Shown piece by piece: positions 9,895-18,234 of a stretch of 64,000 bases of DNA. This DNA is from Candidatus Methylacidiphilales bacterium (GTDB lineage: Bacteria; Verrucomicrobiota; Verrucomicrobiia; Methylacidiphilales; CAZTYG01), in the NCBI GenBank assembly GCA_033875315.1, contig JANRJG010000039.1, positions 8,614 through 72,613 on the forward strand, read 5' to 3'. Within the stretch, counting starts at the first letter, position 1. Every line of letters starts with the position of its first letter. The notes below the pieces were generated by a model. The model did no database searches. It saw only the letters and a list, made by a program, of their open reading frames with translations, and was not told the DNA's origin. The position numbers and the translations under genes were made by a program.

Positions 9895-11226
9895 ATGCGA
9901 AGAGTTCTGTGCTTTTTATTGATGGGTTATTGTGGCCATTTTTCAGCCACTGGTATCAGGGCCGAGTCCGTTCCACCTCCTTCAACCTATGCCTTGGACT
10001 CCCGGCTTGGTTCGCCGGATTTTTGGACGCTTGCCCCCGCCGCCCTGCCGGATTTTTTCCGTGATTCCCCCTTTTCCTGGAACTCCAGTGAGAAAAGCGA
10101 GCTTCGGGCGGCAGGGGAAGGTCTGACCTATTTGGACTTGTCGGTGGCCGAGGTGGTCATCCGTCTGGGTGCAACCGGGCCCAGGGAAGTTTTCGTCTCC
10201 TTCTACAACCGCGGCGACCTGGGCCGCATCGCCGATGATTCCTTCGAGGCCTATGCCGCCAAGGTGGAAGCCGCCGTGGCCGGACATGCGGGTGTGGCGG
10301 CGGAAGACCTGGGGGATGAATTCAAGCGCAGCAGCATCCGGTCGGTGAGCAAGGTGTGGTCGGCCCCGGCATATTCCGCCCGCCTCGACACGGCCTATTC
10401 CCGCGTCCGGGAAAGCGGGGAATTACGCCGGCAGGACCGCCCCGAATTCATCAACCTGACCCTCTTTCCTCCCGGAACAGCCAGCGAAGGCATGCGTGTC
10501 CAGCGCAAGGCCGATACCGCTTTGTTGGACCTGCGTCAGCGGCTGAAGAAACTGGACAATGGCGATGTCTTTCTGGAGGGCGTTCCCATGGTGGACCAGG
10601 GGCAGAAGGGCTATTGCGCGGTGGCCACGATGGAACGCATTCTCCGCTATTACGGCAGCGAGGTGAACCAGCACGAACTGGCCCAGCAGGCCAACGCCAG
10701 TGGTGAGGGGACCAATCCGGACAGCCTGGTCCAGGCCCTCCGGAATATGGGCGGAAAACTCGGCCTGCGCGTCGATGAAAAGATCAACTTCGAGTCCAAG
10801 GATTTTTTTGACCTGGTCGAGGATTACAACAAGCTCGCCAAAAGAAAGCAGGAGCCGGAAATCCGCTTCGGAGGCATGCGGGTGATCTCGATGCCGGAGA
10901 TTCTTGCCAGCATGCAGCCGGAATTGGTGAGGGAGATCCGACTGAAAAGCCAGGGCAGGGTCGATAAATTTTACCGGGAAATCACCGACACCATCGACCA
11001 AGGCCGCCCGCTGGCCTGGGGGGTGCAACTGGGGTGGGTCGAAGAAAAGCCCAAGCTTCCCCAGGCCAGGGGCGGCCATATGCGCCTGATCATCGGGTAT
11101 CAACCGCAGAAGCGGGAGGTGCTTTACACCGACAGCTGGGGCTACGGCCACGAACTCAAGCGGTTGCCCTTGGAAGACGCTTACATGATGACCAATGGGT
11201 TGTTTGTCGTTGAACCCAGGAACTGA
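9895..11226 (+). CDS. secreted protein with C-terminal papain-like (C39-like) cysteine peptidase domain
   Basis: It starts at MRRVLCFLLMGYCGHFSATG, a signal-like sequence. A candidate catalytic Cys sits in QKGYCAVATMERILRYYG and a candidate His in GGHMRLIIGY, followed by YTDSWG. Confidence 0.6.
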   Translation: MRRVLCFLLMGYCGHFSATGIRAESVPPPSTYALDSRLGSPDFWTLAPAALPDFFRDSPFSWNSSEKSELRAAGEGLTYLDLSVAEVVIRLGATGPREVFVSFYNRGDLGRIADDSFEAYAAKVEAAVAGHAGVAAEDLGDEFKRSSIRSVSKVWSAPAYSARLDTAYSRVRESGELRRQDRPEFINLTLFPPGTASEGMRVQRKADTALLDLRQRLKKLDNGDVFLEGVPMVDQGQKGYCAVATMERILRYYGSEVNQHELAQQANASGEGTNPDSLVQALRNMGGKLGLRVDEKINFESKDFFDLVEDYNKLAKRKQEPEIRFGGMRVISMPEILASMQPELVREIRLKSQGRVDKFYREITDTIDQGRPLAWGVQLGWVEEKPKLPQARGGHMRLIIGYQPQKREVLYTDSWGYGHELKRLPLEDAYMMTNGLFVVEPRN

Positions 11227-11390
11227 CAATCGGGGGTTTCCGCCGGGCCGGAAAATGAGGTTGGCCACGAACATCATTTCACTGTGTCGCAATTTCTATT
11301 CAATCAGCCGCTGGCGGTAGCTAGACCAAAAAAAGAACATGCGATCCAGTTGGAGAAGCGATCATACCAAATTGAATTGTGTGGGCGTAA

Positions 11391-11500
11391 AAGTGCCTTA
11401 TGGGAGGGCGAAGATCCTGGCTCCCCCGTAAGCCTTCGGGGCTGAGCCGCCCTTGGAATAGAGACATCAAACCGGCTCGGCAGGAGCCTCGCCCTCCCGT
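11391..11500. repeat. family-1 palindromic dispersed element, copy A (about 100 bp)
   Basis: gggagggcgaagatcctggctccc and ggcaggagcctcgccctccc form inverted arms around a ggggctgagccgcccttggaa..catcaaaccggctcgg core. Related copies lie at 32822-32915 (reverse orientation) and 55277-55396. Confidence 0.8.
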
Positions 11501-11609
11501 TTATTCTGTCGCTCAGTCATTTTAATTTGGAATAGCAGGGCGTTCCGGCCAAACTCAAAAAGAAGCTCCCGGTAGCCTCTAGAGCATATTGCATTTAATC
11601 TGCCGCTCG

Positions 11610-11690
11610 ATTTCATGCTCTTTCTCATTTTTCGTGCTCTTTGAGTGGGAGAGAACGAACACGAGAGCGAGTAAGAGAAACGATATGAAC
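11610..11690. repeat. family-2 imperfect palindromic element, copy 1
   Basis: gagaacgaacacgagagcgagtaagagaaacgat (11651-11684) matches the reverse complement of 45133-45166 with one mismatch. Both loci have a partially complementary second arm. Confidence 0.75.
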
Positions 11691-11874
11691 CCCGTGCCAA
11701 TTCGAGCACTTCCAGTTTTGATTGAATCAATCCGGGTTCCCAGGGTGGAGTGGGTTGTCCCGCCATAGCCTAGGCGACGGCGGAAGAGCCCGCTCCATCC
11801 GAGAGTGAGAAATGCATCTAGTTAAACTGGAATGGCTCTAAACGCGATGCGCTCTAAAACTCAGGGATTCGGTA

Positions 11875-12741
11875 TCAGGCCAGGAAGCGGCCGAGCAGGG
11901 GGCGCAGGGCTTCGGCGGTTTGGTTCGGCCAGGCGTGGCGCGGAGTGATGAGGGCGGCGTCGAGGGCGTGATGGGCAGCGGTCTGCTCTTGGAGCGGGAT
12001 CTGGGCTACTGCCAGGGCGACGGTGCGGGCGGCGAGGGTGGCGTTGTCATGCAGGATGCGCACCACATCGGCCACGCTGACCTCGGCCTCTTCACCATGC
12101 CAGCAATCGTAGTCCGTCACCATGGCCAGGGTGGCGTAGCTGATTTCGGCTTCGCGGGCCAGCTTGGCCTCGGCCAGGTTGGTCATGCCGACGACGTCGA
12201 ATCCGTGGGAGCGGTGGAATTCCGACTCGGCGCGGGTGGAGAAGGCGGGGCCTTCCATGTTGACATAGGTGCCACCCCAATGGCAGACGGCACCCGAAGT
12301 GGTGGCGGCTTGATATAGAATCGTGGCCAGTCTGAGGCAGACGGGATTGCCGAAGCTGACATGGGCGGCGATGCCGTTGCCGAAGAAGGTGTGGGTGTCA
12401 CGCGTCTTGGTGCGGTCGAAGAACTGGTGTGGCAGGACGAAGTGGCGGGGTTTGAGATGTTCCTTGAGCGATCCCACCGCGCTCAGGCTGATGATCCAGC
12501 GCACGCCGAGGGACTTGAGGGCCCAGATGTTGGCACGGTGGGGGATCTCCGAAGGCAGGAGGTGGTGGTTTCGACCGTGGCGGGGCAGGAAGGCGACTTT
12601 CCGACCGGAGAGGGTTCCGGTGCGGATGGCATCGGAGGGTTCACCAAACGGCGTGATGAGACGGAGTTCTTCGGCTCCGTCCAAACCTTCCATGTGGTAG
12701 ACGCCGCTGCCGCCGATGACTGCGATAGGGATGGGGGGCAT
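11875..12741 (-). CDS. mtnP: S-methyl-5-prime-thioadenosine phosphorylase
   Basis: IAVIGGSGVY, FLPRHGRNHHLLPSEI, NMEGPAFSTRAES and GMTNLAEAKLAREAE are typical MTAP/PNP-family motifs. Confidence 0.9.
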   Translation of the reverse strand: MPPIPIAVIGGSGVYHMEGLDGAEELRLITPFGEPSDAIRTGTLSGRKVAFLPRHGRNHHLLPSEIPHRANIWALKSLGVRWIISLSAVGSLKEHLKPRHFVLPHQFFDRTKTRDTHTFFGNGIAAHVSFGNPVCLRLATILYQAATTSGAVCHWGGTYVNMEGPAFSTRAESEFHRSHGFDVVGMTNLAEAKLAREAEISYATLAMVTDYDCWHGEEAEVSVADVVRILHDNATLAARTVALAVAQIPLQEQTAAHHALDAALITPRHAWPNQTAEALRPLLGRFLA

Positions 12742-12748
12742 ACAGTTG

Positions 12749-12850
12749 GTTTTAAGTTTGAAGTATTAAGTTTTAAGTGGGGACGGATGAGCAATGATCG
12801 ATTTTTGAAGCATCAAGTTACTTAAAACTTAAACCTTACAAACTTAAAAC
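12749..12850. repeat. AT-rich 30/31-bp inverted repeat built from tandem heptamers, filling the glmS-mtnP junction
   Basis: The left arm 12749-12778 is gt + TTTAAGT TTGAAGT ATTAAGT TTTAAGT. The right arm 12820-12850 is its reverse complement at 28/31 positions with one indel. The spacer is 41 nt. The right arm abuts the glmS stop codon (12851-12853), and the left arm ends 7 nt before the mtnP start codon. Confidence 0.85.
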
Positions 12851-14698
12851 TCACTCGACCGTGACCGACTTGGCCAGGTTGCGGGGTTTGTCCACATCAC
12901 GGCCGAGGAGAACGGCGGTGTGGTAGGACAGCAACTGGAGGGGGATGATGTTGAGGATGGGTTGGAGCATTTCGATCGTTTTGGGAACCTCGATGACATC
13001 GTCGGCCACGGCATAGATCTCGTGGTCGGACTCGTTGGCCACGGCGATGACCGGGCCCTTGCGCGCCTTGATTTCCTGCATGCTGCTCATGTTCTTTTCG
13101 TAGAGGGTGTCCTGCGGACAGAGCATGACTGAGGGGGTTTGGTCGTCGATGAGGGCGATGATCCCGTGTTTGAGTTCGGCGGTGGGGTAGCCTTCGGCGT
13201 GGACGTAGGAGATTTCCTTCATCTTGAGGGCGGCCTCGAGGGCGACGGGGTAGTTGGCCTGGCGTCCGAAGAAGAGCATGCTGCGGGAACCGGAATACTT
13301 GGTGGCAATCTCGCGGATTTCGTCGTTGCGGTGGAGGATCGAAGTGATCTGCTGGGGGAGGCGTTCGAGGGCTTCGATGATCTCCTGACCGCGGGCCGGG
13401 GAGATGTAGCGCATGCGGCCGAGGAGGAGGGTGAGGAGGGCGAAGATGGTGACCTGGGAAACGAAGGATTTGGTGGCGGCCACGCCGATTTCCGGCCCGG
13501 CGTGCATGTAGACGCCGCCGTCGGATTCCCGGGCGATGGTGCTGCCGACGTTGTTGCAGACGCCGAGGACGCGGTAACCCTTGCGGCGGGCTTCCCGGAG
13601 GGCGCCCAGCGTGTCGGCGGTTTCGCCGGACTGGCTGACGGCAAAGAAGATGCTTTTTCGGTCGACCGGCACGTTGCCGTAGCGGAATTCACTGGAAAAG
13701 TGGCATTCGCAGGGAATGTTGGCTTCGGTTTCCAACATCTGTTCGCCGACCATGCCGGCATGCAGGGCGGTGCCGCAGGCCACGACCATGACGCGTTCGA
13801 TGTCGCGCAGTTGTTCGTTGCTCAGGTTGAGGCCGCCGAGTTTGGCGGAAAGTTCCTCCTGGTTGAGACGGCCGCGCAGGGCGTTTTCCACGGCCACGGG
13901 CTGCTCGTAAATTTCTTTGAGCATGAAGTGGGGGAAGTCGCCCAATTCAGCGGCCTCGGGTGCATAATCCAGTTCCTTGATTTCGAAGGAAGACTGGCTG
14001 GCATCCAGCGTGGTGACCTCGAAGCTCTCGCGGCGCAGGGCGACCAGGTCGTAATCCTTGAGGTAGACCACTTTTTGGGTGTAGGGCAGAAGGGCGGTGG
14101 CGTCGCTGGCGAGGTATTGTTCGTGTTCCCCGACCCCCATGACGAGCGGGCTGCCGCGACGGGCGCCGACAATCAGACCGGGGTGGTCGGCGTGGATGAC
14201 GGCGATGCCGTAAGTGCCTTCAATTTCCGAAAGGGCGCGGCGGACGGATTCGATGAGACGGGCGTCGCCGGTTTGGGTGGATTCGGCATAACAAACACCG
14301 ATGAGGTGGGCCAGGACCTCGGTGTCGGTGTCGGAGGCAAAGAGATGGCCGTTGGCAACGAGCGCTTTTTTGAGGGTCTGGTAGTTTTCCACCACCCCGT
14401 TGTGGACGAGGGCGAGGCGACCGGAGCGGTCGAGGTGGGGGTGGGCGTTGCGGTCGGAGGGTTCACCGTGGGTGGCCCAACGGGTGTGGCTGATGCCGGT
14501 GGTGGCCTTGGAGATGTGATGGCGCAGGGTTTTGCTGAGTTCGGAGATGCGTCCGGCTTTTTTCTGGACCGAAATCCCGTCGGATTCGATCAGGGCGATT
14601 CCGGCGGAGTCATAACCGCGGTATTCGAGACGCGCCAGAGCGTCCAACATGAGGGGTTGGGCATCTCGGCCACCGGTGTAAGCAACGATTCCACACAT
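12851..14698 (-). CDS. glmS: glutamine--fructose-6-phosphate aminotransferase
   Basis: It has the MCGIVAYTG N-terminal nucleophile, two SIS domains and a C-terminal KSVTVE. Confidence 0.97.
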   Translation of the reverse strand: MCGIVAYTGGRDAQPLMLDALARLEYRGYDSAGIALIESDGISVQKKAGRISELSKTLRHHISKATTGISHTRWATHGEPSDRNAHPHLDRSGRLALVHNGVVENYQTLKKALVANGHLFASDTDTEVLAHLIGVCYAESTQTGDARLIESVRRALSEIEGTYGIAVIHADHPGLIVGARRGSPLVMGVGEHEQYLASDATALLPYTQKVVYLKDYDLVALRRESFEVTTLDASQSSFEIKELDYAPEAAELGDFPHFMLKEIYEQPVAVENALRGRLNQEELSAKLGGLNLSNEQLRDIERVMVVACGTALHAGMVGEQMLETEANIPCECHFSSEFRYGNVPVDRKSIFFAVSQSGETADTLGALREARRKGYRVLGVCNNVGSTIARESDGGVYMHAGPEIGVAATKSFVSQVTIFALLTLLLGRMRYISPARGQEIIEALERLPQQITSILHRNDEIREIATKYSGSRSMLFFGRQANYPVALEAALKMKEISYVHAEGYPTAELKHGIIALIDDQTPSVMLCPQDTLYEKNMSSMQEIKARKGPVIAVANESDHEIYAVADDVIEVPKTIEMLQPILNIIPLQLLSYHTAVLLGRDVDKPRNLAKSVTVE

Positions 14699-14763
14699 AA
14701 ATAGAGCAATTTGTACTTTGTTCTAGCCTTCCCAGCTTTCGAGCGTCAACTTATTAAGACCCT

Positions 14764-16065
14764 ATGGATTCTTACACCCCCGATCCCGGACGGGTTGTTT
14801 CCGTGATTCTTGGAGGCGGGGCCGGAACCCGTCTGTTTCCCCTGACCAAAGAGCGGGCCAAACCCGCGGTTCCCCTGGCGGGCAAATATCGCTTGGTGGA
14901 CATCCCGATCAGCCTCTGCATCAACTCCGGGCTCAAGCGCATTTTTCTCCTGACCCAATACCTCAGTTCTTCGATGCACCGTCACGTGCAACAGAGCTAC
15001 CGGTTTGATGACTACAATCCGCGGGGATTCATCGAAATCATGGCGGCGACGCAATCGAGCGACCTGACCGGCTGGTATCAGGGAACGGCGGATGCGGTCC
15101 GGCAAAATCTGCGCCATTTCCGCAATCACAAGCATGACCTCGTTCTCATCCTCTCCGGCGACCAACTTTACCGGATGGACTACCGGCACATCCTGTCGCA
15201 ACACGTCTTACAGAAGGCGGACGTGACGGTGGCGACCATTCCCGTGGACCGGGCGGCCGCACGCGGCTTCGGCATCATGCACATCGACCGGGAGGCCCGG
15301 ATCACCCGTTTTGTCGAAAAACCCAAGGAAGACGCCCAGTTGGACAGCCTGGTCATTGAGGAGGAAGCCCGGAAGAACCTCGGATTGGATCCCTCAGAGG
15401 GCTCGTTCCTGGCCAGCATGGGTATTTACGTCTTCAACCGCGAGGTCCTGGAATCCGTGCTGGAAGACTCGGCCGTGACCGATTTCGGCAAGGATGTCAT
15501 CCCCGGGGCCATCCGCAACCTGAGGGTGTTTTCCCATGTTTACCGCGGCTACTGGGAGGATATCGGTACCATCCGTGCCTTCTACGATGCCAACCTCGAC
15601 CTGACAGAGCCGGTGCCCAAATTCAATTTCTACGACGCCGAGTCGCCCATCTACACCCGCTCGCGCTACCTGCCCGCGAGCAAGATCGACCAGTGCCAGA
15701 TCGAGCGGGCGACGGTCTCCGACGGGTGCATCATGCGGCAGTGCAATGTGTTCCGGTCGATCATCGGCATCCGTTCCCGGCTGGACCCCGGGGTGAATAT
15801 CCGGGACAGCATCCTGATGGGGGCGGACTACTACGAGTCGCTGGCGGATCTGGAGAAGAACGCGCGTGTGGGGCGTCCCAACATCGGGGTGGGGCCGAAC
15901 ACCGTGATCGAGGGGGCGATTGTCGACAAGAACTCGCGCATCGGGGCGAATGTGGTGATCCGGGCCCAGGGCAAGCCGGATACGGATGGCGGTATCTACT
16001 ACGTGCGGGACGGGGTGGTCATCATCCCGAAGGACGCGGTGGTTCCGGACGGAACCGTCATCTGA
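14764..16065 (+). CDS. glgC: glucose-1-phosphate adenylyltransferase
   Basis: ILGGGAGTRLFPLTKERAKPAVPLAGKYRLVDIPISLCINSG and the left-handed beta-helix C-terminus are typical of GlgC. Confidence 0.95.
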   Translation: MDSYTPDPGRVVSVILGGGAGTRLFPLTKERAKPAVPLAGKYRLVDIPISLCINSGLKRIFLLTQYLSSSMHRHVQQSYRFDDYNPRGFIEIMAATQSSDLTGWYQGTADAVRQNLRHFRNHKHDLVLILSGDQLYRMDYRHILSQHVLQKADVTVATIPVDRAAARGFGIMHIDREARITRFVEKPKEDAQLDSLVIEEEARKNLGLDPSEGSFLASMGIYVFNREVLESVLEDSAVTDFGKDVIPGAIRNLRVFSHVYRGYWEDIGTIRAFYDANLDLTEPVPKFNFYDAESPIYTRSRYLPASKIDQCQIERATVSDGCIMRQCNVFRSIIGIRSRLDPGVNIRDSILMGADYYESLADLEKNARVGRPNIGVGPNTVIEGAIVDKNSRIGANVVIRAQGKPDTDGGIYYVRDGVVIIPKDAVVPDGTVI

Positions 16066-16073
16066 GTTGGCGC

Positions 16074-16625
16074 ATGCAGCGTTTCCCGAAAGCACGTTCC
16101 TGGTGGTGGCCGCTCCGGCTGCTGCTGGTGTGCTCGGTTTGTTGGTTGGCAGCGGCGGATGTTCAATCGCAGACTGCCGCCCGCCAGAGCGAGGTCAAAT
16201 TCGGCGATGTGACGCTCAAGTTTGTCCGCAACATGAAGCTCCTCCGCGGCATGGTCGACCATGCGGAACTCGGGCAGATGATCGATGTGGTGGTCAAGAA
16301 GGCCGAGGATCTGCAGGCCTACAACAACGACAAGAACGCCGATGAAAAACGTTTCCGCATCATGCGGCAGATGGAAACGATGGTGCGGCGCGAGGGCATT
16401 CAGGAAAGCGACCAGAAGCGTCTGGAAAAGTTGCAATCCGAATTGCGCGAACTGGATCCGACGGGAAGTTTCCAGAAGGCACGGGGCGAGATGAACCGCA
16501 GCATCCAGGAACTCCAAAATTTTCTCGGTCAAATCCACAACCCGGACGAACGCTCGGAAGACATCCAGCGTTTGATCCGGATGCACCTGAGCCTGTACAG
16601 CCGATGTCTGAGCAAAATGAATTGA
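16074..16625 (+). CDS. secreted hypothetical protein (helical, charged)
   Basis: It starts at MQRFPKARSWWWPLRLLLVCSVCWLAAADVQS (a signal peptide), an in-frame ATG inside ORF 15693..16625. The upstream part of that ORF overlaps glgC. No family recognised. Confidence 0.55.
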   Translation: MQRFPKARSWWWPLRLLLVCSVCWLAAADVQSQTAARQSEVKFGDVTLKFVRNMKLLRGMVDHAELGQMIDVVVKKAEDLQAYNNDKNADEKRFRIMRQMETMVRREGIQESDQKRLEKLQSELRELDPTGSFQKARGEMNRSIQELQNFLGQIHNPDERSEDIQRLIRMHLSLYSRCLSKMN

Positions 16626-17281
16626 GGGACAACGTCCTTGGCCGACCGGTCCTGCTTTTGGCTCTTTTGAGTTTGGCCGTGGCAGTGCCGGCTGCCAGGG
16701 CCCAGGAAACGGGGGGTCTTCCGGCGGCACCGAAGGCACCGGCCAATATCCAAGAGGTGCTGAAAACCCTCAAGGAATCCGAAAAAAACGACAAAGCCCG
16801 CATCCGGGAAATCGAGGGCATCGTTTTTCCCGTCCAGGATGAGATCGCCCAGAAGCTCTTCTATTTCAATCCCGGCGAGTTTTCCTTCCTGCGCATGCAG
16901 AGCGAGGCCGGGCGGTCGCTTTCCCGGTTTTTCGAGGCCCAGGCGCGCATCGACCAGGACAGTTGGGCCGGGGTGGCCGATGCCTTTGATGTGGCCTACG
17001 AAGCCCTCAAGGGGGGACAGCTCTGGGTGGGCCGGGAGGCAAGTCTGGTCGGTGAAGACAGCGCGCTTTTTGGCGAACTCAGCGCCAAGGTCAACGAAGC
17101 CATGGCGCAACGACCCGATGGGGCCAAGCTATTGGCCATGATCGACGAGCGGAACAAGCTTCTGGCCAAACTCAAAACCTCGGCCCCCATGATGAAGTAC
17201 CTCGGTGAACGCCGCCAGTGGTGGCAGAACTACCCCGGTTACATCAAAGCGGTCGAGGAAGAGTCCGATAAAACCCGGTGA
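16604..17281 (+). CDS. secreted hypothetical protein
   Basis: It has a signal peptide (VLLLALLSLAVAVPAARAQ) and overlaps the previous CDS by 22 nt. No family recognised. Confidence 0.55.
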   Translation: MSEQNELRDNVLGRPVLLLALLSLAVAVPAARAQETGGLPAAPKAPANIQEVLKTLKESEKNDKARIREIEGIVFPVQDEIAQKLFYFNPGEFSFLRMQSEAGRSLSRFFEAQARIDQDSWAGVADAFDVAYEALKGGQLWVGREASLVGEDSALFGELSAKVNEAMAQRPDGAKLLAMIDERNKLLAKLKTSAPMMKYLGERRQWWQNYPGYIKAVEEESDKTR

Positions 17282-17331
17282 GCCGCGGGTGGCTTGATCT
17301 TTGCCACCGTCTGTGCCATGGTTTCCCTCTG

Positions 17332-17402
17332 GCGTCCGTGATTTAGTGGTAGAATGCGAGCTTCCCAAGCTTGATGTGAGGGTTCGATTCCCTCCGGACG
17401 CA
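17332..17402 (+). tRNA. tRNA-Gly (anticodon CCC)
   Basis: GCGTCCG-TG-ATTTAGTGGTAGAAT-G-CGAGC-TTCCCAA-GCTTG-ATGTG-AGGGT-TCGATTC-CCTCC-GGACGCA. This folds as a cloverleaf with a TTCGATT T-loop. Coordinates are anchored on flanking ORF frames. Confidence 0.9.
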
Positions 17403-17520
17403 CCCTTCATCGTGGCCGGGCAGGTTGAAGACAGGCTCCCTACTTAGATCACCCTTCTGCCAACTCCGATCCTATTGGGACCACCATTCAGCCGATCGAC
17501 TGGTCCTTTCTCCAAGCCGG

Positions 17521-17549
17521 TTGACTTTCTTCAATCTGGCATCATGATG
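17521..17549 (+). promoter_or_regulatory. candidate promoter/operator of vapBC
   Basis: TTGACT-16 nt-CATGAT ends about 6 nt before the vapB ATG, so the mRNA would be nearly leaderless. The -10 region lies inside a perfect 10-bp palindrome CATCATGATG (17540-17549), a plausible antitoxin operator. Confidence 0.3.
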
Positions 17550-17554
17550 CTTTT

Positions 17555-17809
17555 ATGAGAACCACCATCAGCATCAGTGATGGCTTGTTGGGAGAATTGC
17601 GGCAACTTGCCCGGCAGCGCAAGCGCCCGTTTCGGGAGATTGTTGAGGAAACCCTGCAACGGGGGCTGGGCGTTGGAAAATCGACGCGCAAGCGTGTGCG
17701 CCTTGTGACTCGTCGCGTCGGGATCAAACCCGCTTACCAAGGCATGAGCATGAACCAGCTTTTTGACCAGATCGAGGCGGAGGAAGGAGCCTTGCGGGGC
17801 CGGCGATGA
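17555..17809 (+). CDS. vapB: VapB-type antitoxin (DUF2191-like)
   Basis: MRTTISISDGLLGELRQLA is typical of VapB/DUF2191 antitoxins. The stop overlaps the vapC start by 4 nt. Confidence 0.75.
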   Translation: MRTTISISDGLLGELRQLARQRKRPFREIVEETLQRGLGVGKSTRKRVRLVTRRVGIKPAYQGMSMNQLFDQIEAEEGALRGRR

Positions 17810-18234
17810 TCATTCCCGACGCAAACATTTTGATTTACGCCCACGATGAGGCCGCGCCGCATCATGCCAAGGCGCGGGCATGGTGGGAAGCCGCTCTGGC
17901 CGGAGAAAAACCCGTCGGGTTGGTGTGGGTGGTGGTGCTGGCCTTCACCCGTCTCTTGACCCACCCGACCCTGGCCCAAGACCCGTTGTCGGTTGCCGAA
18001 GTCCGGCTCATGGTCGAGCAATGGATGGAATCGCCTTCTGTGCGACTCTTGGGGCTTTCCGAACAGGCCCTTCCTCGTTTCTTTGATCTGCTGGAAAAAG
18101 CGGGTGGGGGCGGCAATCTGTCAACCGACGCCTTGATCGCGCTCCACGCCATGGAGCATTCCGCCACGGTGGTGAGCAACGACCGGGATTTCGACCGCTT
18201 TCCCGGCCTCAAACGACTGAATCCGCTGGTTTAG
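17806..18234 (+). CDS. vapC: PIN-domain ribonuclease toxin VapC
   Basis: It has MIIPDANILIYA (first acidic residue), D in STDALIALHA and SNDRDFDRF, which together form the PIN acidic quartet pattern. Confidence 0.85.
   Translation: MIIPDANILIYAHDEAAPHHAKARAWWEAALAGEKPVGLVWVVVLAFTRLLTHPTLAQDPLSVAEVRLMVEQWMESPSVRLLGLSEQALPRFFDLLEKAGGGGNLSTDALIALHAMEHSATVVSNDRDFDRFPGLKRLNPLV

Noticed and set aside
11467-11766. 99-aa ORF in the 11.2-11.9 kb intergenic region
   Set aside because: It is assembled entirely from members of repeat families 1, 2 and 3 (it ends in REGEAPAEPV). It is a typical spurious repeat-derived ORF.
13139-14704. 521-aa plus-strand ORF opposite glmS
   Set aside because: It is an antisense shadow of glmS. 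The composition is low-complexity and Gly/Asp/Val-rich, with no recognisable domain.
14699-14763. glmS ribozyme or other leader upstream of glmS
   Set aside because: Only 65 nt separate glmS from the divergent glgC. That is too short for the ribozyme, and no conserved core is visible.
15693-16073. N-terminal extension of ORF 15693..16625
   Set aside because: It overlaps the 3-prime third of glgC in another frame. A signal peptide begins at the internal ATG at 16074.
17540-17554. 15-nt identity catcatgatgctttt shared by the vapB upstream region and the start of the SNase-ComEA gene (55513-55527)
   Set aside because: A few exact 15-mers shared between two places are expected by chance in 64 kb on both strands. 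No extended similarity flanks the match.
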